Shown in pieces: positions 10,115 to 21,135 of a stretch of DNA of 64,000 nt; the first letter of the stretch is position 1; each line of letters opens with the position of its first letter. Location: the NCBI GenBank assembly GCA_965250115.1, contig CBDFNJ010000001.1, positions 747,334 to 811,333 of the forward strand. The letters are read 5' to 3'. The translations under genes were made by a program, and so were the position numbers. The DNA comes from Candidatus Marinacidobacterales bacterium. GTDB lineage: Bacteria > Acidobacteriota > Vicinamibacteria > Marinacidobacterales > SMYC01. The notes beneath the pieces were generated by a model, which saw only the letters and a list, made by a program, of their open reading frames with translations, ran no database searches and was not told the DNA's origin.

Positions 10115-10688
10115 CCTCGCCCAATGCGGAGGATGACGAGGGGGCGCCTTGCGAAGAGGGCTGCGTCTCTCGTCTGGTCGTGAGCCCCTCGAAACTCTTC
10201 TCGCGTTTGGTCTGGAAGTCGACCCGAATGCCCATGGTGCGAAGCCGGGCCTTCATGTTGGTAAGCTCGAGATTCAGCTGCGTCACCTCTTCGGCCAGAT
10301 TGTGCAACAAGATCACGTAGTAGCGATTGAGATCCGACTGCCTGGACAGCGCGCTGATCATGGGGTTGGGGTTGAAGAGGAGCTTGAGGACCGGATTCAA
10401 GAGACGTCGGATCGATCGTTTGAAGCGGCCTCCTCCTCCGCGGGACGATGCATAGATCGTCTCGGGATTGAAACTGAAGTTCCACTTGGCGTCCCGGGCC
10501 CGGAAGGCTGCTACGAAGTCGCTATTGAACTCGTTGCTGTCGAGCACGGCATCGAGCCTCATCTCCGCGATTTCACGAACCTCGTCCTCGGTATAGAGTC
10601 CTTTGCGCTTTTCATCGATTCTGCGCCGAATATTGGACATGATGGCCTCGACATCGATGTCCGACCCTTTCGCATTGAAGGTCGACAT
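9978..10688 (-). CDS. Hypothetical protein with predicted coiled coil and Arg/Gly-rich tail
   Basis: ATG at 10688 preceded by AAAGGAGG; co-oriented within the GT cluster. Confidence 0.75.
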   Translation of the reverse strand: MSTFNAKGSDIDVEAIMSNIRRRIDEKRKGLYTEDEVREIAEMRLDAVLDSNEFNSDFVAAFRARDAKWNFSFNPETIYASSRGGGGRFKRSIRRLLNPVLKLLFNPNPMISALSRQSDLNRYYVILLHNLAEEVTQLNLELTNMKARLRTMGIRVDFQTKREKSFEGLTTRRETQPSSQGAPSSSSALGEGERGRPRQRGGRRNYRRRRGGKPNEGRSGGGSSGPRDGNSGKTGG

Positions 10689-10825
10689 GGGCCTCCTTTC
10701 ACCACCGCGAAGCCACGGCCCGCGGCAATCCAAAACGTTGCGCACCGTTCGCGCCTATCCGGCCCTCGAAAGAGCCGCTCGGCAAGCCCGCGCACAATCT
10801 GAGCGGTTTATCTGATGAGGAGAGT

Positions 10826-11725
10826 CTAGCCCGGCCCGCGTCCGTGATAAATCAGCGCGACCACTGTTGCGGCCCAGAGCGCTACTGTCACGAGAATCGG
10901 CCTATCGTTGAGGAGCACCCTCGTTGGGTTGCCTCCTTCTTCCCTTCGGTGCACGAGGTAGAGGTACCTAAATATCCCGTACAGAACAAAAGGAAGGGTC
11001 CAAACCAGTCGGTCCGTACCAAGTCTCTCCACAGTCTCCGGCGCCAAGGTGTATAGCGCGTAGGAGACGAGGGTAGAGGCCGTTACCACGGCGATCATTT
11101 GATCCAGCAGGTACGGGCTGTACTCTCCCAGAATTCTCCGATGCTCGGACGCTTGGCCTGCGAGAAGCGTCAGCTCCTGCCGACGCTTGGCGAGGGCCAA
11201 GAACAACGCGAGCAACAATGTACAAATCAACAACCAATTGCTGAAGGGTTCACCGATCACCACTGCGCCGGCGACCGCCCTCAGCACGAAACCTAATGCC
11301 ACGATGAGAACGTCGAGAATAACGACGTTCTTCAAAAATACAGAATACCCCGCCATGATGAGAAAGTACACGCCCACCACGAAACCGAAGCCAGTCGAAA
11401 GAGCGAAGGCCCATCCGACTCCCGCGAGAAGACAGACGACCGTCGCCGCGATCGCGAGGCTCGATGAAAGAGCTCCAGAGGCGAGCGGTCGCTGGCTCTT
11501 GACGGGATGCTTGCGATCTCCCTCCACGTCGAGGAGATCGTTGATGAGATAGACCGAGCCCGACACGAGGCAGAACACCACGAACCCGGAGCTCGCCGCC
11601 ACGACCGCACCCAGGTCGTAGAGACGCTGGGCGAAGGCCAGAGGTGCGAGAACGACTAAGTTCTTGGTCCACTGGTAGGGGCGCAGGGAAATGAGCAGCT
11701 GTCTCAGCTGGCGAACGAAAGACAC
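10826..11725 (-). CDS. UbiA-family decaprenyl-phosphate phosphoribosyltransferase
   Basis: LRPYQWTKN, NDLLDVEGDRKHPVKSQRPLASG, LAKRRQE, YGIFRY; multi-TM. Confidence 0.88.
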   Translation of the reverse strand: MSFVRQLRQLLISLRPYQWTKNLVVLAPLAFAQRLYDLGAVVAASSGFVVFCLVSGSVYLINDLLDVEGDRKHPVKSQRPLASGALSSSLAIAATVVCLLAGVGWAFALSTGFGFVVGVYFLIMAGYSVFLKNVVILDVLIVALGFVLRAVAGAVVIGEPFSNWLLICTLLLALFLALAKRRQELTLLAGQASEHRRILGEYSPYLLDQMIAVVTASTLVSYALYTLAPETVERLGTDRLVWTLPFVLYGIFRYLYLVHRREEGGNPTRVLLNDRPILVTVALWAATVVALIYHGRGPG

Positions 11726-11812
11726 CAGTGCCAGTTCCTTAATAGCCCGATCGTGCCAAATGCCTATCTCCTCGAGATTGGCGCGGGAACTCTTCCGTGT
11801 CGGGAAGCAACT

Positions 11813-12157
11813 CTACTCGAAGCTCTTGACGGCCTCTGCTTCCGTTTCGTAGGTGTCGAAAACCGTCAGCAGCTTTGTAATCGACAGCAGATCCTGGATG
11901 CGCTTGGTCAAGTTGAGCAGCTTGAGCTTCCCGCTCTTGCGGCTCACCGTGGTATAACAGCGAACGATCTCACCGAGTCCGGCGCTATCCACGTAGGGAA
12001 CATCTGCCAGATTCAAGACGATCTTCTGGGTCCCGTTCTCGACCAAGTTGTTGATCTTTTCGCGCAGCAGCTCGTCACCCTCTCCGATGAGCATTTTCCC
12101 CTGCAAATCCAAGATGGTGACCCCATCAACTGCTCTTTCCTCGATTTTCATCGCCAA
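11813..12157 (-). CDS. STAS-domain anti-sigma factor antagonist
   Basis: VLNLADVPYVDSAGLG phosphoacceptor motif. Confidence 0.92.
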   Translation of the reverse strand: MAMKIEERAVDGVTILDLQGKMLIGEGDELLREKINNLVENGTQKIVLNLADVPYVDSAGLGEIVRCYTTVSRKSGKLKLLNLTKRIQDLLSITKLLTVFDTYETEAEAVKSFE

Positions 12158-12316
12158 GAAGTCCTCCTAGAAACCGGGACAAGAAATCCTTCAATAGAAA
12201 CCATGCAGGGTTATCACAGAACGCCGAACGGTGTCAAACTCTTTGAGCAAGCACTAGTTAGCACCTTTTAGTGCTCGCTAAGTGCTCGTTCGCGGGAAGT
12301 GCTAGACTCTCTTCCC

Positions 12317-13315
12317 ATGGGGGATCCGTTTCTTACTCGCCTTCAAGAGCGGGCGAGCGCTCGAAAGAATCGAATCGTGCTCCCCGAGGCGACCGAGCCC
12401 AGGACGCTGAAGGCAGCGGCGGAGTTGAAGCGGCGGGCCGTCGCGGAGCCCGTCCTGGTCGGCGAGCCGGAAGTCGTCCTAAAGGCAGCTCGTGACGCCG
12501 GGGTTTCGCCCGAGCAGCTGGCGGGTATCGAGATCCGATCTCCCAGCGAGCGGGCCAAGGCCGAGCTCTTCGGTCAAAGGCTCTACGAACGCCTTCGACA
12601 CAAGGGCATCTCCGAGGACGAAGCCCGCGAACTGGCCCGCGATCCGCTCTATTTCGGCGCCCTGATGGTCTCGGGAGGGGAAGCCGCGGGCTACGTCGCT
12701 GGAGCTCAAAACAGTACCGCCAACGTGTTACGACCCGCCATTCGGGTTTTCGGAACCGAAGCGGGCATTCGTCGTGTCTCGAGCTTCTTTCTCATGAGCT
12801 TCGCCGACGAGCGCCGTCAGTTCTTGTTTGCGGACTGTGCCGTGCTCCCGAATCCGAGCCCGACGGAGCTCGTCGAGATCGCCGAGCTCGCGGCCAAGAA
12901 CTGCCGCCTCTTCCTCGAAGTCGAGCCCCGGGTGGCCCTGCTTTCGTTCTCGACCAAAGGCAGCGCCGACCATCCCGACGTTCGCAAGGTAGCCGAGGCC
13001 GCGGAGACTCTGAAGGCCCGTGCCCCCGCGCTCCTGGCCGACGGAGAGCTCCAGGCGGACGCCGCCATCGTTCCCGAGATCGGTCAGAGGAAGGCGCCGG
13101 GGAGCGCGGTGGCAGGAAGGGCGAATACGTTGATCTTTCCTGATCTGAACTCAGGGAATATCGCCTGCAAGCTGGTCGAGCAGCTCGCGGGCTCGGCCGC
13201 CATCGGTCCCATCCTCCAGGGACTCGCGGCTCCCGCCAACGACCTGTCTCGAGGTTGTAGCGTGGAAGATATCGTCAACGTCGCGGCCATCACTTCCGTG
13301 CAGGCGAGCGCCTGA
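12317..13315 (+). CDS. pta: Phosphate acetyltransferase
   Basis: [48 protein letters not shown]. Confidence 0.95.
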   Translation: MGDPFLTRLQERASARKNRIVLPEATEPRTLKAAAELKRRAVAEPVLVGEPEVVLKAARDAGVSPEQLAGIEIRSPSERAKAELFGQRLYERLRHKGISEDEARELARDPLYFGALMVSGGEAAGYVAGAQNSTANVLRPAIRVFGTEAGIRRVSSFFLMSFADERRQFLFADCAVLPNPSPTELVEIAELAAKNCRLFLEVEPRVALLSFSTKGSADHPDVRKVAEAAETLKARAPALLADGELQADAAIVPEIGQRKAPGSAVAGRANTLIFPDLNSGNIACKLVEQLAGSAAIGPILQGLAAPANDLSRGCSVEDIVNVAAITSVQASA

Positions 13316-13347
13316 AACGAGGGGAACGTGACGGCCGCGTCGGATGC

Positions 13348-13548
13348 TCAGTCGTGCTGCTCGCGACGCATCTTCTTGCGTTGACGTTTTCGCGCGAGCG
13401 CTTGCTTGGCGCGTTTCTTATCGCCAGGCTTCATGTAGAACGAGTGTCTCTTGATCTCTTTGATGATATCTTCCTGCTGCACTTTGCGCTTGAATCGCCT
13501 CAGCGCGCTCTCGATCGACTCGTTGTCCTGAACTCTAATCTCCGCCAA
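13348..13548 (-). CDS. rpsU: 30S ribosomal protein S21
   Basis: ESIESALRRFKRKVQ...FYMKP; basic 66 aa protein. Confidence 0.95.
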   Translation of the reverse strand: MAEIRVQDNESIESALRRFKRKVQQEDIIKEIKRHSFYMKPGDKKRAKQALARKRQRKKMRREQHD

Positions 13549-13685
13549 ATCGACTGCACCCCCCTTCCCTCATGGATTTTTTCGAGAGGGGCACGGCGTT
13601 CGAAGGCAAAGAGCCCAACTCTGCGAGGAGATGGGATGCAGGTGAACGCGACTGTACGGTTTTCGAAACCCGCTCGCTTCAAATC

Positions 13686-13714
13686 ACTATAGGAGACGAT
13701 GTTAACCCTGTCAA
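13686..13714 (-). promoter_or_regulatory. sigma70-type promoter for rpsU
   Basis: TTGACA (13714-13709), 17 nt spacer, TATAGT (13691-13686) on the minus strand. Confidence 0.7.
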
Positions 13715-13773
13715 TACGATTCGGAGGCACTCCGCCCGACCCATCGGGCGGTGTCGGTTTGCCACGCGAATTG

Positions 13774-13803
13774 TTGACACTTTCTCTCCCGCCGTGGGAT
13801 AAT
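13774..13803 (+). promoter_or_regulatory. sigma70-type promoter for purD-purE
   Basis: TTGACA 13774-13779, 18 nt spacer, TGn-extended GATAAT 13798-13803. Confidence 0.6.
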
Positions 13804-13870
13804 CGGCACTCGTAGAATTTCGTAAATTACTGACAGTGCTGACTTTGAACACACCAACGGAAGCACGGCC

Positions 13871-15166
13871 TTGAGAGTGCTCGTGGTCGGCGGCGGCGGG
13901 CGGGAGCACGCGCTCGCCTGGAAGCTGAAACAGAGCCCGGAGTTGAGCGAGCTCTACTGCGCTCCCGGCAACGCGGGGATCGCGGCGATTGCGGACTGTG
14001 TCCCCATCGACCCCTCCGATATCGTCGAAATTGCGGACTTCGCGGACAACCTCAACATCGGTCTGACGGTCGTCGGCCCCGAGCTGCCGCTCATTCTGGG
14101 GCTCGCCGACGAGTTCCAGCGGCGTGGGCTTCCCGTTTTCGGACCCAACCGGGCGGCGGCGGAGCTCGAGGGCAGCAAGGCTTTCGCAAAAGACTTTCTG
14201 AAACGACACGACATTCCGACCGCCCGCTACCACGTCGTGGGAAGCATGGACGGCGCTAGGGCGATCCTCGAGAGCGGCGAGATCGGGATGCCTCTCGTCG
14301 TCAAGGCCGACGGACTCGCGGGCGGGAAAGGCGTCACCATCGTTCAGAGCAAGGACGAGGCCCTCGAGGTGGCCGTGCAGCTCATTGAGCAGCGCCAGCT
14401 CGGAAGCGCCGGAACCAGGCTCGTTCTCGAGGAGTTTCTCGAGGGAGACGAGGTCTCGTTTTTCGCCCTGTCTGATGGATCCAACGTGCTCCCGCTGGTG
14501 GCCGCCCAGGACCACAAGCGCGCCTTCGATGGGGACGAGGGACCCAACACCGGCGGGATGGGCTGTATCTGCCCAGCCACCAATCTGAAGGCAGAGACGC
14601 TGAAACGCATCGTGAAGGAGATCGTCCACCCGACGGTCTCGGGACTCGCCGCCGAAGGGCGGAGGTACCAGGGACTTCTCTATTGCGGACTCATGCTCAC
14701 CGCGGACGGACCAAAGGTCCTCGAGTTCAACGTGCGCTTTGGCGACCCAGAAGCCCAAGCGATTCTGCCCCGTTTGAAGTCCGACCTGCTGCCCCTGTTG
14801 ATGGAAGTCGCGAACGGAAGGCTCGGCCAGCACCGGCCCGAATGGACGCGGGAGCCGGCCGTGACGGTCGTGATGGCGGCCGGCGGCTATCCGGGCAAGT
14901 ACGAATCAGGAAAGCTCATCGAGGGCATCGACGCGAAGCAGGTCGAACAGAGCGAGGGCACTTACGTTTTCCACTCCGCCACCGCCTCCGCCGAAGAAGG
15001 GCTCGTCACCTCGGGCGGGCGAGTGCTCGCCGTCACCGCGGTTGGGCAGAACTTGAAGGGGGCGATCGATCGCGCCTACGAAGGAGTCGGGCGCATTCGC
15101 TTCGAGGGAAATCACTTCCGCAAGGATATCGGCGGGAAGGCACTAGCGCGGCTCACGGGTGGTTAG
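13871..15166 (+). CDS. purD: Phosphoribosylamine-glycine ligase
   Basis: [44 protein letters not shown]. Confidence 0.97.
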   Translation: MRVLVVGGGGREHALAWKLKQSPELSELYCAPGNAGIAAIADCVPIDPSDIVEIADFADNLNIGLTVVGPELPLILGLADEFQRRGLPVFGPNRAAAELEGSKAFAKDFLKRHDIPTARYHVVGSMDGARAILESGEIGMPLVVKADGLAGGKGVTIVQSKDEALEVAVQLIEQRQLGSAGTRLVLEEFLEGDEVSFFALSDGSNVLPLVAAQDHKRAFDGDEGPNTGGMGCICPATNLKAETLKRIVKEIVHPTVSGLAAEGRRYQGLLYCGLMLTADGPKVLEFNVRFGDPEAQAILPRLKSDLLPLLMEVANGRLGQHRPEWTREPAVTVVMAAGGYPGKYESGKLIEGIDAKQVEQSEGTYVFHSATASAEEGLVTSGGRVLAVTAVGQNLKGAIDRAYEGVGRIRFEGNHFRKDIGGKALARLTGG

Positions 15167-15671
15167 AAACTTGTCCAAACCGAAGGTCATCATCGTCATG
15201 GGAAGCTCGTCCGACGCGGACGTCATGAACGAGGCAGCTCAAGTCTTGAGAGAGCTCGGCATTCCCTTCGAGATGGGCATCTACTCCGCGCACCGTACCC
15301 CGGAGCGAGCTGCGAAGCTCGCCTCCGAGGCAGCGGATCGCGGTGTCAAGGCGCTCATCGCCGGAGCGGGGGCGGCGGCGCATCTCGCTGGCGCCCTCGC
15401 CTCGCGGACTCACCTTCCCGTCATCGGCGTTCCCCTGGCCGCCACGCCGCTCGCCGGCTTGGACGCCCTGCTCGCCACGGTACAAATGCCGGCGGGATTT
15501 CCCGTCGCGACGATGGCGATTGGCAAAGCGGGAGCGCGCAATGCCGCGTTTCTCGCCGCTCAAATCATCGCCACTTCGGACGCTAGCGTCGCCGACAAGC
15601 TCGCCGCCTGGCGCAAGACGAAAGCCAAAGAGGTCGAGGAAGCTTCGGAGAAGCTCAGGACTTCAACTTGA
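15159..15671 (+). CDS. purE: N5-CAIR mutase (start may be TTG 15171)
   Basis: [32 protein letters not shown]. Confidence 0.96.
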   Translation: MVRNLSKPKVIIVMGSSSDADVMNEAAQVLRELGIPFEMGIYSAHRTPERAAKLASEAADRGVKALIAGAGAAAHLAGALASRTHLPVIGVPLAATPLAGLDALLATVQMPAGFPVATMAIGKAGARNAAFLAAQIIATSDASVADKLAAWRKTKAKEVEEASEKLRTST

Positions 15672-16706
15672 TAGCGTCGCCGAAGTCGAGCTACCCGCAA
15701 GTTGGCCGCAGGCCGCGAGCACGTCGTCCCCGCGGCTTCGTCGCAAGCTCACGGTGATGCCGACGGCGGCGAGGATCCGCATGAAGCTCTCCGTCGCCTC
15801 GCGGGTCGTGCGAACGTGGGGTGAGCCCGGCCATGGGTTATAGGCGATCAAGTTCACCTTGGCTTTCATCCCTTCCAGCAGGGACGCCAACCGATGTGCG
15901 TCGGCTCCTGTATCGTTCTCTCCACCGAGTAGCACGTACTCGAAGGTGATCCGACGCCTGCGCGGTAGAGGAAGACTTCGCGCCGCGGCTAGCAGCTCCT
16001 CGAGCGGATGTTTGCGGTTGATCGGCATGATGCGACTCCGATTGCCGTTCGTCGTCGCGTGAAGGCTGATGGCGAGCCGGACGGCCGGATGCCCGGTCGC
16101 GAAGCGCGCGAGCTCATCCGGCAGTCCGACTGTCGAGACGGTGATGCGCCGCGGTGAAACCGCACAAGCGTTGTCGTCGCTGAGGATCTCGAGCGATCCA
16201 TCGACACCTTCGGAATTGAGCAGCGGTTCGCCCATTCCCATGAAGACGATATTGCTGCGCGCCGGAGGCGAGGCGAGCTCTCCCCGCGCGAGGAGAAACT
16301 GGCCCACGATCTCTCCGGGCGTCAGATTCCTCTCGAATTGCACGGTTCCCGAAAAGCAGAAGGTGCACTTCAGCGGACACCCGACTTGAGTCGAAAGGCA
16401 AAAGGTGTGTCGCTCGCCATCGGGAATATAGACGGTCTCGACGTGCCTCTTGTCCTCGAGCTCGATCGAGAGCTTACGGGTACCGTCCTTCGAAAGGCTC
16501 CGGTCAACGACCCGTGGGCGTCGGATGACGTAGTCTCGGGACAGCCGCTCACGAAGCTGCCTCGACAGATCGGTCATCTCCTCGAAGCTCTTCACACCGC
16601 GAGCATAGATCGAGCGATAGATCTGCCCCCCTCGAAACCGAGGAGATCCCGCCGCGACCAGCTCGCTCTCGAGCTCGCCGCGGCTCATGCCGAAGAGGTT
16701 CTTCAT
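15663..16706 (-). CDS. rlmN: 23S rRNA/tRNA m2A methyltransferase (radical SAM)
   Basis: [29 protein letters not shown]. Confidence 0.95.
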   Translation of the reverse strand: MKNLFGMSRGELESELVAAGSPRFRGGQIYRSIYARGVKSFEEMTDLSRQLRERLSRDYVIRRPRVVDRSLSKDGTRKLSIELEDKRHVETVYIPDGERHTFCLSTQVGCPLKCTFCFSGTVQFERNLTPGEIVGQFLLARGELASPPARSNIVFMGMGEPLLNSEGVDGSLEILSDDNACAVSPRRITVSTVGLPDELARFATGHPAVRLAISLHATTNGNRSRIMPINRKHPLEELLAAARSLPLPRRRRITFEYVLLGGENDTGADAHRLASLLEGMKAKVNLIAYNPWPGSPHVRTTREATESFMRILAAVGITVSLRRSRGDDVLAACGQLAGSSTSATLSS

Positions 16707-16821
16707 CCCACGGATGTTAGCAAAAAGGCCCGGCTGGCGCCTCGATCGCTGCTTGTGCTAACCTTTGCAGTCCTCCACACATAAACCTGGCCGGGGGACG
16801 TCCAGGAGCAGCTTTGACGCG

Positions 16822-18078
16822 ATGTTCCGCAAAAAGGTTCTCGACAACGGGCTTACGGTCCTGACGGAAGAGATGCCTCACTTCCGTTCTGTCGCCATCG
16901 GCATCTGGATCGCGAGGGGAAGCCGCCATGAAACGATCGAAGAGGGCGGTCTCGCCCATTTCATCGAGCATATGGTCTTCAAGGGCACGGAGCGCCGCAG
17001 CCAGGCACGCATTGCGCAGGAAATGGACGAGATCGGTGGCCAAACGGACGCCTTCACGAGTCACGAATATGCGGGCTTTCACGCGAAAGTTCTGGATGAG
17101 CACGTTCCGCGTGCCGTCGATCTGCTTTCCGACATCGTTCTCGCCCCCCGCTTCGACGCGGAGGAGCTAGAGCGCGAACGAAACGTGATCTTCGAAGAGA
17201 TCAAAGGCGTTGAAGACGCTCCCGAGGATCTCGTCCACGAGCTCTTCGGCGAGCAGTTCTGGCCGAATCATGCTCTCGGAAGACCCATTCTCGGTACACC
17301 CGAGACACTCGCCGCCTTCACGAGGGCCGAGGTCTTGCGCTTCTTTCGCAGGATTTACGCCCCCAGCAATTTGATCGTGGCTGCCGCGGGCCGTCTCGAG
17401 CACGCGCATATCGAGCGACTCGTCGCCGAGCACTTCGACGCGCTCCAAACGCCGCCGGATGGGATCGTCGACAAGGCGCCGGTCATGGTGCCGAGCGTTC
17501 GCCTCCTCGAAAAGGACCTTGAGCAAGCGCACCTCGTCATAGGAACCGAAGGGCCGCCCCAAGCGTCCTCGGACCGCTATGCCGCCTATATCCTCAACGC
17601 GATTCTGGGAGGAAGCTTAAGCTCCCGGCTGTTCCAGGTGATTCGCGAGGAACGAGGACTCGCTTACTCGGTCTACTCGGGGCTTTCCTGCTTCCGCGAC
17701 ACCGGCCAGCTCACCGTTTACGCGGGTACCGATCCCAAGAACGTCCCCGAGGTACTCGAGCTCGTCATGAGCGAGCTCGGCCGCATCCGGGACGAGCCCA
17801 TCGAGGCTCCCGAGCTCCAGCGAGCCAAAGATCACTTGCGTGGAAGTCTGTTGATGGGTCTGGAATCCACGGCGTCGCGAATGTCGCAGCTCGCTCGGCA
17901 AGAAATGTATTACGGGCGGCAGGTGAGCGTCGAGGAAGCGATTCGCGGGATCGAGGCTGTGAGCTCCGAGGACCTTCGCCGGCTGGCGTCCTCGATGTTC
18001 GAGAACCGTCCTCTAGCCATGACGCTTCTCGGAAAGCTCTCGCATCTTCACCCCGTACCGGAGACGCTGGTTGCCTGA
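16822..18078 (+). CDS. M16 family zinc peptidase
   Basis: HFIEH inverzincin motif, SSRLFQVIREERGLAY. Confidence 0.92.
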   Translation: MFRKKVLDNGLTVLTEEMPHFRSVAIGIWIARGSRHETIEEGGLAHFIEHMVFKGTERRSQARIAQEMDEIGGQTDAFTSHEYAGFHAKVLDEHVPRAVDLLSDIVLAPRFDAEELERERNVIFEEIKGVEDAPEDLVHELFGEQFWPNHALGRPILGTPETLAAFTRAEVLRFFRRIYAPSNLIVAAAGRLEHAHIERLVAEHFDALQTPPDGIVDKAPVMVPSVRLLEKDLEQAHLVIGTEGPPQASSDRYAAYILNAILGGSLSSRLFQVIREERGLAYSVYSGLSCFRDTGQLTVYAGTDPKNVPEVLELVMSELGRIRDEPIEAPELQRAKDHLRGSLLMGLESTASRMSQLARQEMYYGRQVSVEEAIRGIEAVSSEDLRRLASSMFENRPLAMTLLGKLSHLHPVPETLVA

Positions 18079-18904
18079 ATTCCACATCTCGATTCTAGGC
18101 AGTGGTAGCTCGGGAAACGTCACCTTCGTGACCGATGGCTCCGTGCGCCTGCTGCTCGACGCGGGCCTTGCCTGCCGGGAGATCGAGCGACGTCTTCGAA
18201 CGTTGGGTGTTGCCCCGAGAGACATCGACGGCGTCATGCTCTCACACGAGCACGGCGATCACTCGAAAGGCGCTTGGCGCTTCTGCGCCAAGCACTCGGT
18301 GACACTCTATGCGACCGCCGGCACCCATCGCGAGATGCCCAAGCTCGCCGATCGTGACATCGAGTGGATTGGTGTCCAGTCGGGCTCGAGCGTGAAACTC
18401 GGTCGACTGCAGGTCGACCTCTTTCCAACCCCGCACGACGCTGCCGACCCCGTTGGCTTCCGCCTGCGTCGCGGGAATCTGGCTTTCGGCCACGTCACCG
18501 ACATCGGCCACGTTTCGGATGAGGTGGCTGACGGCCTCCGTGGTTGCTCCGCCATCCTCATCGAGGCCAACCACGACATCGAGATGTTGCGCAGCGGTGA
18601 CTATCCGGAAACACTCAAGCATCGCGTGGGAGGCCGCTTCGGTCATCTTTCGAACGACGCCCTCGCCCGCTACCTCGAGTACCGTCTGCCCGACGGCCTA
18701 CGCCACCTGTTTCTCGCGCACCTCTCGAAGAACAACAACCATGAACGTCTCGCCCTCGATTGCTGTCTCGAGGCGCTCGGACGTCGGGGCGGTCGGATGC
18801 CGAAAGTGCACCTCACCTATGCCAATCGTCCGACGCCGCTCCTGCGGCTCTCGGAGCCGCGCTCGGTGCTGCCGGACGTTCAACAAGGAGTGCTCGCGTT
18901 CTAG
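18071..18904 (+). CDS. Metallo-beta-lactamase fold hydrolase (YycJ/WalJ-like)
   Basis: LGSGSSGN, SHEHGDH, PHDA, EANHD, GHLSN, AHLS. Confidence 0.88.
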   Translation: MPEFHISILGSGSSGNVTFVTDGSVRLLLDAGLACREIERRLRTLGVAPRDIDGVMLSHEHGDHSKGAWRFCAKHSVTLYATAGTHREMPKLADRDIEWIGVQSGSSVKLGRLQVDLFPTPHDAADPVGFRLRRGNLAFGHVTDIGHVSDEVADGLRGCSAILIEANHDIEMLRSGDYPETLKHRVGGRFGHLSNDALARYLEYRLPDGLRHLFLAHLSKNNNHERLALDCCLEALGRRGGRMPKVHLTYANRPTPLLRLSEPRSVLPDVQQGVLAF

Positions 18905-18906
18905 CC

Positions 18907-20205
18907 ATGCTGACGGATCGGTACGTTCACCCGGAGATGGGTCGCATTTGGAGCGAAGAGGCGAAGTTCGACTCTTGGATGGAGGTCGAAGTCGCCGCCG
19001 CGGAGGTGATGGCCGAAGAGGGGATCGTTCCCAGGGAAGCCGCCAAGACCATTCGAGCAAAGGCCGCCTATTCGATCGAGCGAATCGACGAGATCGAGAA
19101 GGACGTCAAGCACGACGTCATCGCTTTCACCCAGGCCCTCGCCGAGAACGTAGGGGAGGCAGGCCGGTTCATTCACTTCGGGCTCACGAGCTATGACGTC
19201 GTGGATACCGCCCTCGGAATTCGGTTGCGCGATGCGATGGACCTGATCCTCGAGAAGCTCGACCGTCTGTGCGACGTCTTGAAGTCCCGCGCTCACGACC
19301 ACAAGAAGACCGTGATGGTCGGACGCACCCACGGCGTACATGCCGAGCCGATGACCTTCGGTATGAAGCTCGCTTTGTGGTACGCCGAAATGCGGCGCAA
19401 TCACGCGAGACTCGCGGCGGCACGCGGAGCCGTCGCGGTCGGCAAGCTCTCGGGAGCGGTCGGGACCTTCGCCCATCTACCGCCGCTCATCGAGGAAAAG
19501 CTCTGCGCGAAACTCGGTCTCGAGCCGGCGCCCATCTCGACGCAGGTTCTGCAGCGAGATCGTCACGCCGAGGCGATGTCGGCACTCGCGATTCTAGCTA
19601 CGAGCCTCGACAAGATTGCGGTCGAGATCCGAAGTCTGCAGCGGACGGAGATCCGCGAGGTCGAGGAGTTCTTTTCCGGGAAGCAGAAGGGGTCCTCCTC
19701 GATGCCGCACAAACGCAACCCCGTCGCCTCGGAGCAAGTCTCGGGGCTCGCGCGCGTCGTGCGCGGCAATCTTCAAGCCGCGCTCGAGAACGTGCCCCTC
19801 TGGAACGAGCGAGATATCTCTCACTCCTCGGCCGAGCGGATGATCCTCCCGTCGAGCTTCATCCTGACCGACCATATCCTGAGGCGTACGACCACGGTTC
19901 TCGACAACTTGATCGTCTATCCAGAAAAGATGAAGGAGAACCTCGACTCGATGAAAGGTCTCGTTTTCAGTGGACAAGTGCTCTTGGAGCTGGCCAAGAA
20001 AGGTTTGCCGCGCGAGGAGGCCTATCGGGTCGTTCAACGGAACGCGATGGCAGTTTGGCAAGGCAAGGGGACGCTCCGGGAGCTTCTCAGCACCGACGAA
20101 GATGTGAAGAAGCGACTCACGAGCAAGGAGCTCGATGAAGCTTTCGATCTGGAGCGCCAGATGGACTACGTCGACGTGATTTACAAGCGAGTATTCGACT
20201 CATGA
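18907..20205 (+). CDS. purB: Adenylosuccinate lyase
   Basis: HFGLTSYD, GRTHGVHAEP, GSSSMPHKRNP signature. Confidence 0.97.
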   Translation: MLTDRYVHPEMGRIWSEEAKFDSWMEVEVAAAEVMAEEGIVPREAAKTIRAKAAYSIERIDEIEKDVKHDVIAFTQALAENVGEAGRFIHFGLTSYDVVDTALGIRLRDAMDLILEKLDRLCDVLKSRAHDHKKTVMVGRTHGVHAEPMTFGMKLALWYAEMRRNHARLAAARGAVAVGKLSGAVGTFAHLPPLIEEKLCAKLGLEPAPISTQVLQRDRHAEAMSALAILATSLDKIAVEIRSLQRTEIREVEEFFSGKQKGSSSMPHKRNPVASEQVSGLARVVRGNLQAALENVPLWNERDISHSSAERMILPSSFILTDHILRRTTTVLDNLIVYPEKMKENLDSMKGLVFSGQVLLELAKKGLPREEAYRVVQRNAMAVWQGKGTLRELLSTDEDVKKRLTSKELDEAFDLERQMDYVDVIYKRVFDS

Positions 20206-20441
20206 AAGTGAACGTTATCGTTAGACTGAAATCTGCCGTCCACGACCCCCAGGGCGAGACCATCGGTCACGCCCTGGGACAGTTGGAGTTTCGAGGCGTG
20301 AGCGTCCGCCAGGGCAAGTTCTTCGAGTTGTCGCTCGACGCAGAATCCAGAGAAGCGGCCGAGACGATGGCGCGGGAGATCGCCTCCAAGGTCTTGTCCA
20401 ATCCGGTATTGGAGGTCTTCGAAGTGGAGGTCGTGAGCTAG
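20202..20441 (+). CDS. purS: FGAM synthase subunit PurS
   Basis: DPQG, RQGKFFE, LSNPVLE. Confidence 0.95.
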   Translation: MKVNVIVRLKSAVHDPQGETIGHALGQLEFRGVSVRQGKFFELSLDAESREAAETMAREIASKVLSNPVLEVFEVEVVS

Positions 20442-20442
20442 A

Positions 20443-21135
20443 GTGCCGCGTTTTGCCGTCGTCGTCTTCCCCGGCTCCAATTGTGAAGAGGACGTGCAAT
20501 ACGCTCTGGAGGGCGTGCTCGGCCAGCCCACCGATCTCGTTTGGCACAAGGAAAGCTCGCTCGAGGGCTACGACGGCGTGATCCTCCCCGGCGGTTTCGC
20601 CCATGGCGACTACCTTCGCCCCGGCGCCATCGCGCGCTTTTCGCCGATCATGGATGCGGTACGCGAAATGGCCGAGGCTGGCAAAGCCGTCATCGGAATC
20701 TGCAACGGCTTCCAAATGCTCCAGGAGGCGGGGCTGCTCCCCGGCGCGATGCTGCGGAACCGTGCGTTGACCTACGTCTGCCGCTACGTCTATCTCAAGG
20801 CCGAACAAGTCGACACGCCCCTGACGAAGACCCTCGAGGGGAACGAGCTCCTGAGGATCCCGGTGGGCCACGCGGACGGCAACTACTTTGGCGACGAGGA
20901 GACGCTCGAGAGGCTCGAGTCGACGGGACGCATCGTCTTTCGCTACACGAACGCGGCGGCGGCGGCAGATCCCGCGGCTAGCCCCAACGGCGCCGCCCGC
21001 AACATCGCGGGCATTCGTAACGACCGCGGCAACGTTGTGGGACTGATGCCGCATCCCGACCGCTGCTACGAGCCCGATCTCGGTACCGCGGATGGACGGA
21101 AGCTCTTCGAGAGCCTCATCGCCTGGACGTCATGA
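20443..21135 (+). CDS. purQ: FGAM synthase subunit PurQ
   Basis: [31 protein letters not shown]. Confidence 0.95.
   Translation: MPRFAVVVFPGSNCEEDVQYALEGVLGQPTDLVWHKESSLEGYDGVILPGGFAHGDYLRPGAIARFSPIMDAVREMAEAGKAVIGICNGFQMLQEAGLLPGAMLRNRALTYVCRYVYLKAEQVDTPLTKTLEGNELLRIPVGHADGNYFGDEETLERLESTGRIVFRYTNAAAAADPAASPNGAARNIAGIRNDRGNVVGLMPHPDRCYEPDLGTADGRKLFESLIAWTS

Noticed and set aside
13804-13870. Riboswitch upstream of purD
   Set aside because: Leader is only about 60 nt, with no recognisable aptamer or terminator
13679-14833. Long antisense ORFs (also 23339-24472, 28830-29879, 52855-54102 and others)
   Set aside because: Shadow frames of real genes in GC-rich DNA, with no recognisable motifs
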